Virus record (IMG/VR): IMGVR_UViG_3300048999_000016
Location: 1 to 52,464 of that record
DNA length: 52,464 nucleotides
Strand: one strand, 5' to 3'
Source: a virus
Taxonomy: Duplodnaviria > Caudoviricetes
Of this stretch, positions 1-9,443 are shown piece by piece. Made by a program: the position numbers and the translations under genes. Each line of letters begins with the position of its first letter. The first letter of the stretch is position 1. The notes beneath the pieces are model-generated. The model ran no database searches. It had not been told where the DNA came from and worked only from the letters and a program-made list of their open reading frames with translations.

Positions 1-2166
1 ACGGATCACACGGTCAAACCCTGCCGCCGCCGCTGGCTTCAAATGAGCGAATGAAGAACGCGATAACAGATTGACTTGCAAGTATGCACGGCGTACCATC
101 CCGGTTTGCCAATTGGCTTCGTTGAATTGACCGCGTGGCAATCGTTTGTCGCCTTTCTTCCACGTAACGTACCGCAACAGAAATTCCATTAGTTCCTTAT
201 ATGCAACCGTGTCTGTTGCGTCGCCTGTTTCGCCTGCCTTGACTTTGTGTGCAATGAGCGCCGCGCCGTTTTCAACGATGTTTGCCGCCCACTCCAAATA
301 TGAACGCAATATCACCGGATTCCATGGATCGACGCCGATTGCAATCAATCCAGCGATACGCACAACGTTTGTGGGCACACGTCCCCAAAGTTCGCCCTGA
401 TCCTCTGTTTCAACGGCACGCGTATGCATATGCTCCGTGTATGCGTCAAACCACACACGTGCATCGGCATCTAGCATTATGTCGCGCACACTATTCTGTT
501 GTATCGCTGCAATGCATGACATGACAAGACCGCTGATGTCTTTGATTGTTTCTTGTGATAGCTGTATTTCGTCGCGCTGTTTGTTTATTTTTTTTGCTGC
601 CTCTTCTTTCGTGTAATTCAAAATGACGAATCGACCAATCGTGCCATCGTCAATCAAATTGGTATTGATTAGTTGCATGAATTTCTTTGGCGTCGCTTCA
701 CCAAGAATAGACAACGATGGCGATTGTGTGCTCGTGGTGTTCTGTTTCACATCGGCGAATACTGATGCACCGATAATGTTTCCCTTACCTGCTTGACCGT
801 GCAGATTCAAAATTGCGTGTTTCAATTGCACGTCGCCCATCATTGCTCGGTCATTAGTAATTCGCTGAAAGAAAGTGGAAAATTCCTTGATGCGAAACAA
901 CAGGGATTTTTGCGCGTGCATCTTGGCATACAAACCTTGACCGCTCGCCGCATACTCCATCGAATAGAATTCATTTAATGATGTGATCATCGGCAATGAA
1001 TTCACAATGGCGATAATGCCACGATGCATTGCTTCTTTGCCGCTGGTAGATGGCCCCAACACAATCGTGTATGTGTTTACGCCGTCGCCATCCACGTTAT
1101 ACACTCGGCCACATATGCCGCTCATAAATCCAATGGCACCGGCAATTGCAACTTTGATTTGTGGATATGGCGCGCGCCAATAGATGAACCGTGCCAATTC
1201 GCCGAATATGCCGGGCACTTCGCTAATTGCCTGCATTTCGGGTAACGCGTTAACCGATGTTGCCTCAATATCCGGTGTGGCGAGTGGTGTAAACGCTGGC
1301 CCTTGAATCGGTGGCAAAGGTACAAGATTGCCCACAGGAACGTCACGATCCATCGCGTGATCGATGGTAGCCTCAACATACTTAGGCCGTGATTGCACCT
1401 TATCGCGTCGGCCTAATGGCGTCTGAAACCACAGCCGTTCTACCTGCGCGCGATTGCGCGAATAGAACCACAGCATATTCACTAACGCCTGATCGCCTGC
1501 GCTGTCTGATTTGTCGGCAGTGTCCACCGGCATAGGCGTGCCCGGCTGTGCTTCCCACAACGCACGAAACTTTGCACCGTTGGCAGCGTTGAACGCCATT
1601 TGCAATATGTAATCGTCAGTGTATTTTTCTGGCGAGTCAACGCGCGCGGCTTCGGATCGTTGCCGGTGCGCTGTCAATGCTGCATGTAAACTCAACAATT
1701 GCGGAGTGCAATCGTTGATTGGTAGATCGCGCATTGTATTCCCGGTGACGGTCATATACCGTTCCTGAGAATACAGTTCAATCTTGCCGTACTTTACCGC
1801 AGTGGGAACCTTGCCGCGACAAATGAGATGTACGCCGTGACCGCTTGGCGAGAATTCCGCATACGTCGGTATATTGTCAAAAATTTCCTTTTGTCGCGCC
1901 TGCGTCGTTGGGTCATTGTTGGGGTCCAGATCGATAAACGTAAACGGATCAGACGCACTAAGCACGTAACCCACACCGTTATAATTGCCGCCGTTAATGC
2001 TAGTCGCATGTGCTGCCTCGAATGTTGACCACGTTTCAGGATTGGTTGTATCTGCTTTGTGTCCGGTGCGCGCGTTGTATGGAACCTTTGTTAGTTTCTC
2101 GCCGACCATTTCCAAACGCCATACAACCCAATTGGGGAATTGGATTAGATCATTGGGAATTGGCAT
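1..2166 (-). CDS. NrS-1-like primase-polymerase fused to DUF3987-type ATPase/helicase domain (3' end runs off the window)
   Basis: Translated by hand from ATG 2166: MPIPNDLIQFPNWVVWRLE..KVPYNARTG..NPETWSTF, catalytic FIDLD, YAEFSPSGHGVH, IELYSQERYMTVTG, later Walker A-like GPSTSGKE. Open to base 1 (722 codons). Absent from the track because there is no stop in the window. Confidence 0.88.
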   Translation of the reverse strand, partial: MPIPNDLIQFPNWVVWRLEMVGEKLTKVPYNARTGHKADTTNPETWSTFEAAHATSINGGNYNGVGYVLSASDPFTFIDLDPNNDPTTQARQKEIFDNIPTYAEFSPSGHGVHLICRGKVPTAVKYGKIELYSQERYMTVTGNTMRDLPINDCTPQLLSLHAALTAHRQRSEAARVDSPEKYTDDYILQMAFNAANGAKFRALWEAQPGTPMPVDTADKSDSAGDQALVNMLWFYSRNRAQVERLWFQTPLGRRDKVQSRPKYVEATIDHAMDRDVPVGNLVPLPPIQGPAFTPLATPDIEATSVNALPEMQAISEVPGIFGELARFIYWRAPYPQIKVAIAGAIGFMSGICGRVYNVDGDGVNTYTIVLGPSTSGKEAMHRGIIAIVNSLPMITSLNEFYSMEYAASGQGLYAKMHAQKSLLFRIKEFSTFFQRITNDRAMMGDVQLKHAILNLHGQAGKGNIIGASVFADVKQNTTSTQSPSLSILGEATPKKFMQLINTNLIDDGTIGRFVILNYTKEEAAKKINKQRDEIQLSQETIKDISGLVMSCIAAIQQNSVRDIMLDADARVWFDAYTEHMHTRAVETEDQGELWGRVPTNVVRIAGLIAIGVDPWNPVILRSYLEWAANIVENGAALIAHKVKAGETGDATDTVAYKELMEFLLRYVTWKKGDKRLPRGQFNEANWQTGMVRRAYLQVNLLSRSSFAHLKPAAAAGFDRVIR

Positions 2167-2354
2167 TGTTCTTTCTTGTCCGATGAGACGGCCCGACGTA
2201 GCAACATAGCTACAATTTGCGCATAGGATAATTGCACGTCATGCTCACGCGCGTATTCTAATTGGGTTTGTAACACGTGACGGATACAATCATCCTCAAT
2301 TATGCTCACCGTGATTCGTGGTGGCACAGGCGGCTTTCCTGCTCTGCTAGGCAT
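2145..2354 (-). CDS. Small putative DNA-binding protein
   Basis: 69 aa, strand-helix-helix-like pattern (ITVSI...LSYAQIVAMLLRRA). Follows a clear promoter and overlaps the primase start. Confidence 0.5.
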   Translation of the reverse strand: MPSRAGKPPVPPRITVSIIEDDCIRHVLQTQLEYAREHDVQLSYAQIVAMLLRRAVSSDKKEQCQFPMI

Positions 2355-2363
2355 AGATCACCG

Positions 2364-2392
2364 ACCATATGCAAAATGCAGTGACGTGTCAA
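2364..2392 (-). promoter_or_regulatory. Sigma70-like leftward promoter
   Basis: TTGACA-N17-TATGGT, with ATG 2354 nine nt downstream. Confidence 0.7.
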
Positions 2393-2445
2393 GAAAAACT
2401 GTGCGTATCGCGCACACCCGCATAAACACTGGCGATTTTTCATAC

Positions 2446-2474
2446 TTGACATCGTGCCCTGTCAGATGTAGCGT
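2446..2474 (+). promoter_or_regulatory. Sigma70-like rightward promoter for the replication arm
   Basis: TTGACA-N17-TAGCGT, back-to-back with the leftward promoter. Confidence 0.7.
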
Positions 2475-2511
2475 TGTGTGACCGGCATCCCACCGGCCCG
2501 AAAGGATCACA

Positions 2512-2928
2512 ATGGCGTTCACCGAGGAACAGAAAGCGCGAATCAACGATTGGCAATACGCGCAACAGAAAGCGCGTCAATGGCGCGAAACAGAAATGAG
2601 TTTGCGCGCTGAAGTTATGGGTTTTGCGTGGCCTGCATATCAAAATGCGCCGACCGCTGGCACGGTGTATGCAGACATCGCCGCCGGTTACAAATTGAAG
2701 TACGAACAATCATTTTCGTATAACCTGAAAGACACGCCGACGGCGTTTGTGGAAGAAATTCTCAACAAACATTTTGAACCGGTTGCCGCTGATCTTCTGG
2801 TACGGTGGAAACCTGAATTGTCGGTGAGCAATTACAAAAAACTTACCGCCGACGAACAACGGTTGTTTACTCCGGTGCTTACTATCAAGCCGGATGCGCC
2901 CAAACTGGAATTGATCGCGCCCAAATGA
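2512..2928 (+). CDS. Conserved phage hypothetical protein
   Basis: RBS GAAAGGA. The LVRWKPELSVSNYKKL...LTIKP motif is typical of proteins upstream of Sak4 in related phages. Confidence 0.75.
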   Translation: MAFTEEQKARINDWQYAQQKARQWRETEMSLRAEVMGFAWPAYQNAPTAGTVYADIAAGYKLKYEQSFSYNLKDTPTAFVEEILNKHFEPVAADLLVRWKPELSVSNYKKLTADEQRLFTPVLTIKPDAPKLELIAPK

Positions 2929-3042
2929 TAATCAAACCAGCGTCGCCCCGGTGCAGACATTGCATGATGCACCGGATGTGGCACGGTTTGAATTCTGGCG
3001 CGTGCATGATTAAAAGTTTGATCACCGGCAAAATCGAAAAAT

Positions 3043-3369
3043 ATGAAGAATGATGACTATCTCCAATTTTGCTTGGATGAAATCAAATACCCGCGTTGCG
3101 CTCACGGCGTAGATACGCGTCTAGGCTGTTGGCCGTGCAGCAAGAAAGGAATCACAATGGACATTTCCGAAACAAACGTGCCGGATGATTTGCGCACCTT
3201 ATGGGATTTGGTGACAAATGCGCTGCCCGGTGATCCACCGGCATGCAGCGCTCAAGACGTGCGCGCACTGTTGGAAGAAATCATTATCAGCCGCAAAGCC
3301 TCGCGCGAATTGCGCGAATACGTGCACGATCTAGTTACACGCGCCGAAAGGATATTCAAACAATCATGA
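3043..3369 (+). CDS. Hypothetical protein
   Basis: 108 aa ORF in an operon; stop overlaps next start (ATGA). Confidence 0.55.
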   Translation: MKNDDYLQFCLDEIKYPRCAHGVDTRLGCWPCSKKGITMDISETNVPDDLRTLWDLVTNALPGDPPACSAQDVRALLEEIIISRKASRELREYVHDLVTRAERIFKQS

Positions 3370-3605
3370 AAATATACTTGCGTCTCGGTCGCCGTGGTAT
3401 CGAACTAGCACCCACCGTGCAACACGTCACCAATCTTAACGGTTGCGATAGTGAAATTATGCTTGTCATTGTGGATGAATCAGCAGACGAAGCGATCCAC
3501 ATCACCATGCATCGTGAAGAAGCGATTTCATTAGGCGAATCGCTCTGTAACGCTTTCCATCATGCGAGCATCGCGCAACCGTACGAAATGAAGGTACGTC
3601 TGTGA
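3366..3605 (+). CDS. Hypothetical protein
   Basis: Start reassigned to ATG 3366 (MKIYLRLG...), coupled to both neighbours. Confidence 0.55.
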   Translation: MKIYLRLGRRGIELAPTVQHVTNLNGCDSEIMLVIVDESADEAIHITMHREEAISLGESLCNAFHHASIAQPYEMKVRL

Positions 3606-4303
3606 CATCTAACGATCTTCGGCCAGCATCGGCAATCGCGCGGCAATACGGCGTCAAGGCACTCGTATTCGGTCCACCGGGTCAAGGTAAGACACCGGTG
3701 ATGCTCACGGCACCACGTCCCGTCGCGTGCCTCATTGAACCGGGATTCGCATCGATCCGTAAAACCAATCTACCAATGTGGGTTGCAACCGAGTACGCGC
3801 GTCTCGATGAATTCGTAACGTGGGCAACACAATCGAAAGATGCGCGCAACTTCGACACATTCTTTTTTGACTCCGGTTCACAAGCTGCGCAGAACATCGA
3901 AGAAACCGAACGACCGAAACACAAAGATGGTCGCAAGATGTTCTATCAGGTACAGATTCAAATGTGGGCGCTATTTAATCGCATGTACATGGCGCAGAAT
4001 GCCCACGTGGTGATGATTGCAAAAGAAACCACATTGGAAGACGGTCGCATCGTGCCGATGTTTCCATCAAAAAAGATAACGCGTGATATGACGCACCTTT
4101 TCGATTTGAACGCGCGGTTTTGCCGTATCAATTTCGGTGGCACGCCGACCGCATGTTTCCAGTGCTTGCAAGGTTACGATTTGCATATGGAAATACGCTC
4201 ACGGTATGGTGAGACAATGCCCGATGGATCGTATCGTGAATATCTATCGCAGTACGAACCACCGAATTATCAATCGTTGTTTAATAAGGCGATGGAACTG
4301 TGA
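3602..4303 (+). CDS. Sak4-like AAA ATPase (ssDNA annealing recombinase, AAA_24)
   Basis: Walker A GPPGQGKT, Walker B FFFDSGSQ; lies upstream of SSB and exonuclease. Confidence 0.85.
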   Translation: MTSNDLRPASAIARQYGVKALVFGPPGQGKTPVMLTAPRPVACLIEPGFASIRKTNLPMWVATEYARLDEFVTWATQSKDARNFDTFFFDSGSQAAQNIEETERPKHKDGRKMFYQVQIQMWALFNRMYMAQNAHVVMIAKETTLEDGRIVPMFPSKKITRDMTHLFDLNARFCRINFGGTPTACFQCLQGYDLHMEIRSRYGETMPDGSYREYLSQYEPPNYQSLFNKAMEL

Positions 4304-4767
4304 GCGAATTAACGTTTCTGTATAACTCGTGGAGGAAACCACGGCACGCGGTATATAAGTGCTCGTGTGGTAAGGTATGCGAGAAACGCAAGGATCACGT
4401 CAAAAGTGGTAACACACGCTCATGTGGGCACCTTGCGGAAGTTACGCGTACACATTTCAGTGTCAAGCACGGTCATGCATTGTCAACCGGAAGAAGCCGC
4501 ACGTATCAGTCATGGTTATCAATGCGCCGTCGTTGTCTCGATCCCAAGGCGAAAGGATATGGTGATTATGGTGCACGCGGTATTACAGTATGTGAACGAT
4601 GGTTAAATGATTTCGGTGCATTCCTTGCCGATATGGGCGAACGTCATTTCGGAATGACGATTGACCGCGAGGATGTAAACGGCAACTACACTCCCGAAAA
4701 TTGCAAGTGGTCAACCAACAAACAGCAAATGAATAACCGGCGTATATCACAACGTCAGAAAGCGTAG
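4300..4767 (+). CDS. Free-standing HNH homing endonuclease
   Basis: CSCG...SCG, TYQSWLSMRRRC, YGARGITVCERW, TIDREDVNGNYTPENCKWST..QQMNNRR. Confidence 0.9.
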   Translation: MSELTFLYNSWRKPRHAVYKCSCGKVCEKRKDHVKSGNTRSCGHLAEVTRTHFSVKHGHALSTGRSRTYQSWLSMRRRCLDPKAKGYGDYGARGITVCERWLNDFGAFLADMGERHFGMTIDREDVNGNYTPENCKWSTNKQQMNNRRISQRQKA

Positions 4768-4773
4768 ATAACC

Positions 4774-5490
4774 GTGGCACAAATTGGTGGAACGTTCAGC
4801 GCACGAAATGTACCGCCGCAGTCGGCACCCGAGGCATGGCCCGAGGGATGGCACAAGGTAATAATTTTCAATTCAGAAATTGTTGCCGCACTCGACAATG
4901 CAAACAACAAAATGTTGCGTTTGCATTATCGCGGTATCGAAGGGCCAATGACCGGCAAGGAAACAAACGAAAATATCAACCTGTGGAATCAGAACCAACA
5001 GGCAAGCGAAATTGCACAGCGTACGCTATCGTCGGTGTGTCACGTGACCGGCGTGTACGACGTGCAAGACTCGGCGCAGTTGCACAATATCCCGATGCAA
5101 ATCCGCATTGCCCACACAAAGAGTGGTGAAACCGTGTACGGCAACGTGAAAGCGCACAAGGATATTCACGGCAACGATCCCGGCAAGACGGGTGCGGGTC
5201 AACAGGCACCGGCACCGGCTCCAGTGCAACAGGCACCACAGCAATACGCACAGCCTGCCGCGGCTGCGCCACAGAACGGCCAGTTTGCCGTCAGTGCTCC
5301 AATGCCAATGCCCGGCGCGCCTGCGGGTGCTCCTGCGCCTGCGGGATGGCCTGCGGGTCCACCGGCTGCAACCGCTCCGGCTCCGCAGTACCAGCAACCG
5401 GCGCAGCAATACGCGCAACCGGCACAACAGGCACCACAGACGTTCCAACAGGGACCGATGCCCGGTGCACCGCCATGGGGTCCACGGTAG
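4774..5490 (+). CDS. Single-stranded DNA-binding protein (DUF669-like)
   Basis: PEGWHKVII, NINLWNQN..ASEIA..TLSSVCHVTG, DSAQLHNIP; Pro/Gln/Ala tail ending PPW. Confidence 0.85.
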   Translation: MAQIGGTFSARNVPPQSAPEAWPEGWHKVIIFNSEIVAALDNANNKMLRLHYRGIEGPMTGKETNENINLWNQNQQASEIAQRTLSSVCHVTGVYDVQDSAQLHNIPMQIRIAHTKSGETVYGNVKAHKDIHGNDPGKTGAGQQAPAPAPVQQAPQQYAQPAAAAPQNGQFAVSAPMPMPGAPAGAPAPAGWPAGPPAATAPAPQYQQPAQQYAQPAQQAPQTFQQGPMPGAPPWGPR

Positions 5491-5500
5491 AAATTTTGAG

Positions 5501-5659
5501 GGGCTGCCACGTTGCCGCGCTTCCAACACGCGTGCAATGGGTTTGGAGGGCAGCCCATTGAAACGGCAACGATGTTTGTTGCCGCGTGCGTTCTATTCGT
5601 AAGCCACCCGGTGATTTGGTTACGGGCCAAACACGATGCAGAGGGAACGCACGCGGGAG
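5501..5659 (+). ncRNA. Structured intergenic element (two stem-enclosed pseudoknot-like domains)
   Basis: Stems GGGCTGCC/GGCAGCCC (5501-08/5549-56), CGGCAAC/GTTGCCG (5564-70/5578-84) and CGCGTGCGTTC/GAACGCACGCG (5583-93/5645-55), with loop-strand complementarities. Confidence 0.55.
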
Positions 5660-5668
5660 CATACAACA

Positions 5669-5851
5669 ATGCGATTGATTTCGGAAGACGTGTATGACGG
5701 TTTGCTGAAAGTCTATGGTGCTGCGCAGTTGTTCTGCGAAGTAACGCAAGGTGAAATGTCGGAATTGGAAGGATCAGAATCCAACAGCATCCCGGCAGAA
5801 TTCATGCTATTGCACCGTGCCGTCAAGGAATACGAGAAAATACCGCGATGA
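5669..5851 (+). CDS. Hypothetical protein
   Basis: RBS GGGAG at 5655-5659, ATG 5669 (MRLISEDVY...). Confidence 0.55.
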   Translation: MRLISEDVYDGLLKVYGAAQLFCEVTQGEMSELEGSESNSIPAEFMLLHRAVKEYEKIPR

Positions 5852-5984
5852 TACAGGCAGAACGTAACATGACATATGACGAATTCGCGCGTGTCTATCG
5901 GTTGGTTGCAGAAGTGTACAATCATCCGGCACCCGCTGATTTGGAAATCCAACGCGCGTTTGCCCGGTATATCGTGGTGACGAA

Positions 5985-6833
5985 ATGAGTGATCAGCAAC
6001 AATGCGATTTGCTTTCTGAACGGTTAACCAATCGGCTTGCAACAATCACGCTGTGTGATGCCCACGCGCTAAACACCCGGCTTGAACTAGGCGCGATGGG
6101 GCACGAGTGCGACCGCAAATTGTGGTATGACTTCCGCCACGTTGTGAGCGAAGATCACACAACGAAACGTGACCGGCAGAACATGCATACGCATATCGTG
6201 CGCGAATTAGTGCGTGATCTACTGACGAACGCCGGTGTGCGTGTTGGTGCGCGTGCCGATTTTGAAAGTATCAACGGCCATTTCCACGGCGATTCACAAT
6301 ATATGGTCAATCTGCCGTTGCGTGAAGGTGACGAACCGGAATTGATGCCGGTGTTTATTCACGTGAGCGGCACCGGTGCGAAGTTTAACGAAATCACTGG
6401 TGGTGGGTTGGAACGTGCGAAGCCTACGCACTACGCGCGCATGTGCGTGCTGTTGCGGCAATTGGATTTGATCCACGGTATATACATCGCGTTCAACAAA
6501 AACGATGAATCGTATTACGTGGAAGTGGTTCCGGTGGATGTCGAAGTGGCGAAAAAAGTAACGCATCGTGCGGAGTCAATCATTTATGCCACGATCCCGC
6601 CGCCACGTATCAATGAGTCTCCGGCGTGGCACGTGTGCAAAGCGTGTGCGGCGAATGAGATTTGCCATCCCGATCCGGTTGCAAATCCGAAAGTGCTGAA
6701 GAATTGCCGCTCGTGCAAAAATGCGTATCCGATGCCCGGTGGCCGATGGCAATGCGATTTTTACAAGCAAATCATACCGGTTGAATTTGTGGACAAAGGA
6801 TGCGAAACGGCGTATAGTCAAATCACCATATGA
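5985..6833 (+). CDS. Cas4-like PD-(D/E)xK exonuclease family protein with degenerate active site
   Basis: GHECDRKLWYDFR, GHFHG, KPTHYARM, NKNDESYYVE, CKAC....C and CRSC...W.C clusters; located between SSB and helicase. Confidence 0.8.
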   Translation: MSDQQQCDLLSERLTNRLATITLCDAHALNTRLELGAMGHECDRKLWYDFRHVVSEDHTTKRDRQNMHTHIVRELVRDLLTNAGVRVGARADFESINGHFHGDSQYMVNLPLREGDEPELMPVFIHVSGTGAKFNEITGGGLERAKPTHYARMCVLLRQLDLIHGIYIAFNKNDESYYVEVVPVDVEVAKKVTHRAESIIYATIPPPRINESPAWHVCKACAANEICHPDPVANPKVLKNCRSCKNAYPMPGGRWQCDFYKQIIPVEFVDKGCETAYSQITI

Positions 6834-8470
6834 ACGCAATGTTAAATCCGATTGTGCAAGAATGGTATTTCCAGAATGATGCGGTGCAAAGTGTTTACGA
6901 TTACTTTGACAAAGCAACTGGAAATCCAATCATTGCGATGCCCACCGGTGTAGGTAAAAGCATTGTCGCCGGGAAATTGATCCGGCGTATCCTGCAAGAA
7001 TACCCACGGCAACGCATCCTGTGCATGACGCACGTTAAGGAACTAATCAAGAACAACAGTGAAAAGCTATCGCAACTGTGGCCGACCGCGCCGTACGGCA
7101 TCCTATCGGCTGGATTGAAATCACGTGACACGTCTCTGCCGGTGATCTTCGGCGGCATCCAAACGGCAATCAATTACACAACGCAAATTGGATGGCGTGA
7201 TTTGATGATTGTTGACGAGGCACATTTGATTTCGCCCAAGGCGAAAACGCGGTATCAACAGTTCATTGCGGCAATGCTGGAAATCAATCCAAATTTCAAG
7301 GTGATTGGTCTAAGTGCAACGCCATGGCGTCACGGCACAGGACATCTAACGAATAGTGGTATTTTCACTGACGTATGTTTCGACATCACCGGTTTTGATT
7401 GGTTCTTGCGGCTGATCGATGAAGGTTATCTGTGTCCACTCGTGCCGAAAAAGACGGCAATCGAACTAGATTACGGCAATGTAAGTATCGGTCCAGATGG
7501 TGACTATGCGAAGAAGCAATTGCAAGACGCCGTGGATGACCACGATACAAATCGTAAAATCTGCGAAGAAATTTGCGAAATGGCAGATAAACGTAACTCG
7601 TGGCTGCTGTTTTGTGCCGGTGTGAAGCATGCGCAACACGTCGCCGATACACTTTGCAAAATGAACGTCAAGGCACTAGCAGTGTATGACAAGATGGGAG
7701 ACAAGGAACGCGATTACGCACTTGATTCGTTTCGTGGTGGTGACACGCGTTGCTTAGTCAATAACAACATTCTAACCACCGGGCACGATTTCCCGTTTCT
7801 CGATTACATTGGCATGTTGCGGCCAACGGATTCGGCGGCACTGTGGGTGCAGATGCTTGGACGTGGCACGCGTCCCTATCCCGGCAAGGATAATTGCCTA
7901 GTGGGTGATTTCGCTGGCAACACACGGCGTCTTGGCCCGATTAACGATCCGGTGATCCCTGTACCACGTGGGCAAACGAGTGGTGACGCGCCCATTAAAT
8001 TATGTCCAAATTGCGGTGCCTACAATCATTCGTCATCGCGCATTTGTATTGGCTGTGGTTACGAATTCCCGGTGATGGGTTGGGATAGGAACGTATTACT
8101 TCAGCCACAGGCAGATGACGCGCCGCTCGTGGCCTTGCGCGAGCAACCGGTGTATGAGTGGTTCAACGTGTCGCGTGTGATCTACACCACGCACAAAAAA
8201 GAGAATACGCCGGATTGTTTGAAAGCTAGTTACGTTTGCGGCTTGCGCGTGTTCCACGAGTATCTGCATTTCGAGCATCCCGGTTATGCTAAGCACAAGG
8301 CACACGAGTGGTGGCGTCAGCGTGTGTTAGCAAGCAATAGTGACTCACCGGACACTACGGCTGAGGCAGTAGCACGTGAAAAAGAAATATGCGTGCCGGG
8401 CCGAATATTGATTTGGGTTAACCGGAAATATCCGGAAATTGTCAGCTATGAAAATTTTAGGGTGCAATAA
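6830..8470 (+). CDS. SF2 DEAH helicase (RadD/YejH-like) with C-terminal Zn finger
   Basis: PTGVGKS, VDEAH, GLSATP, LTTGHDFP, QMLGRGTR, CPNC...CIGC. Confidence 0.93.
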   Translation: MNAMLNPIVQEWYFQNDAVQSVYDYFDKATGNPIIAMPTGVGKSIVAGKLIRRILQEYPRQRILCMTHVKELIKNNSEKLSQLWPTAPYGILSAGLKSRDTSLPVIFGGIQTAINYTTQIGWRDLMIVDEAHLISPKAKTRYQQFIAAMLEINPNFKVIGLSATPWRHGTGHLTNSGIFTDVCFDITGFDWFLRLIDEGYLCPLVPKKTAIELDYGNVSIGPDGDYAKKQLQDAVDDHDTNRKICEEICEMADKRNSWLLFCAGVKHAQHVADTLCKMNVKALAVYDKMGDKERDYALDSFRGGDTRCLVNNNILTTGHDFPFLDYIGMLRPTDSAALWVQMLGRGTRPYPGKDNCLVGDFAGNTRRLGPINDPVIPVPRGQTSGDAPIKLCPNCGAYNHSSSRICIGCGYEFPVMGWDRNVLLQPQADDAPLVALREQPVYEWFNVSRVIYTTHKKENTPDCLKASYVCGLRVFHEYLHFEHPGYAKHKAHEWWRQRVLASNSDSPDTTAEAVAREKEICVPGRILIWVNRKYPEIVSYENFRVQ

Positions 8471-8853
8471 TGGCAAAGAAATTCACAACGATTACATCCG
8501 GTGTTACATATAGTTTTAGGCGCAAAGCCGCAATTTGCGCACGCATCGCAGAAAAATCGATGTCCACGTTTGTACATGATGCCGTAGAACAAGCATGCGA
8601 AAATTACCCTGAAATTGAAACAACACGCGCAATATGGGATGTACCAACAGAAATGCAGTTATTTATTAATTTGTGCACGAGTGCGCCGCACTTACTCGAT
8701 CCATTGGAACGATCCACAATGTACGCGATAACTTATCTGGCAAGTCCAAATAAACTGAGTGCTTACGTGGAAAAACATTGGAATGTTGTGCGTGAGTGCA
8801 CAATGGGACGCCGGGCACACCACACATTACCAGATGAAAGAGGCAAACTATGA
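8470..8853 (+). CDS. Putative ribbon-helix-helix transcriptional regulator
   Basis: N-terminal RRKAAICARIAEKSMSTFVHDAVEQA resembles RHH helices. Confidence 0.5.
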   Translation: MAKKFTTITSGVTYSFRRKAAICARIAEKSMSTFVHDAVEQACENYPEIETTRAIWDVPTEMQLFINLCTSAPHLLDPLERSTMYAITYLASPNKLSAYVEKHWNVVRECTMGRRAHHTLPDERGKL

Positions 8854-9443
8854 CGGTCGCAGGATGCGTACAGTTTAGGGAATCATGGCGCGTGCAAATC
8901 GAATACGGCGAAAAATACGTTGACGGTGGGTACACGCGCAAATTTGAAACCGATGTACTCGCCGAATCAATGGGCGGTGCAATTGCCGCTGCTGTTGCAT
9001 TTCTGAATCGAAACGAAAAAGATCGTATTTCGCCTGAAAATGTCACCGGTGTTGTACGGAGTGAGTTATCACCATATTTGCTTGTGCCCACAACGGTTGA
9101 AGCGTTGCATTATCCCGACGTGGAAGTAACAGCAGATATTGCCGACGCCGCACGGTATCGCAAGCCGGTGGAGAGTGTGCACCCACACCCGCCCGGTTGT
9201 TTTTGCACTGACTGCATGCCCACGCGCTACACGAACACGCAACAGCCGGAATTACCGATGACACAAGCGCGCATGCAAGCCGAACAAGCTGCCGCACTGC
9301 CGTTGCGCGAACCAGAGCACGCCGCGCTGCCGACAACGCCGCTCATTAGTCAACGGGCCATAGATCGTGATCAGAACAACGCGCAACGGCGTGGATTTGC
9401 AACGCGAGCCACAACCGGTGACGATGAAGGAAATGAGAGATGA
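8850..9443 (+). CDS. Hypothetical protein
   Basis: Coupled ORF with HPPGCFCTDC metal-binding-like motif. Confidence 0.6.
   Translation: MTVAGCVQFRESWRVQIEYGEKYVDGGYTRKFETDVLAESMGGAIAAAVAFLNRNEKDRISPENVTGVVRSELSPYLLVPTTVEALHYPDVEVTADIADAARYRKPVESVHPHPPGCFCTDCMPTRYTNTQQPELPMTQARMQAEQAAALPLREPEHAALPTTPLISQRAIDRDQNNAQRRGFATRATTGDDEGNER

Noticed and set aside
1-2140. Short ORFs listed by the track in the first 2 kb
   Set aside because: They are shadow frames of the long minus-strand primase gene.
4300-4767. HNH gene as a group I intron or intein cargo
   Set aside because: The flanking Sak4 and SSB genes each look complete and there is no non-coding space for an intron core, so it is a free-standing insertion.
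5985-6833. Cas4-like gene as part of a CRISPR-Cas locus
   Set aside because: No cas1, cas2 or array is present; the context is the standard Sak4-SSB-exonuclease-helicase module.
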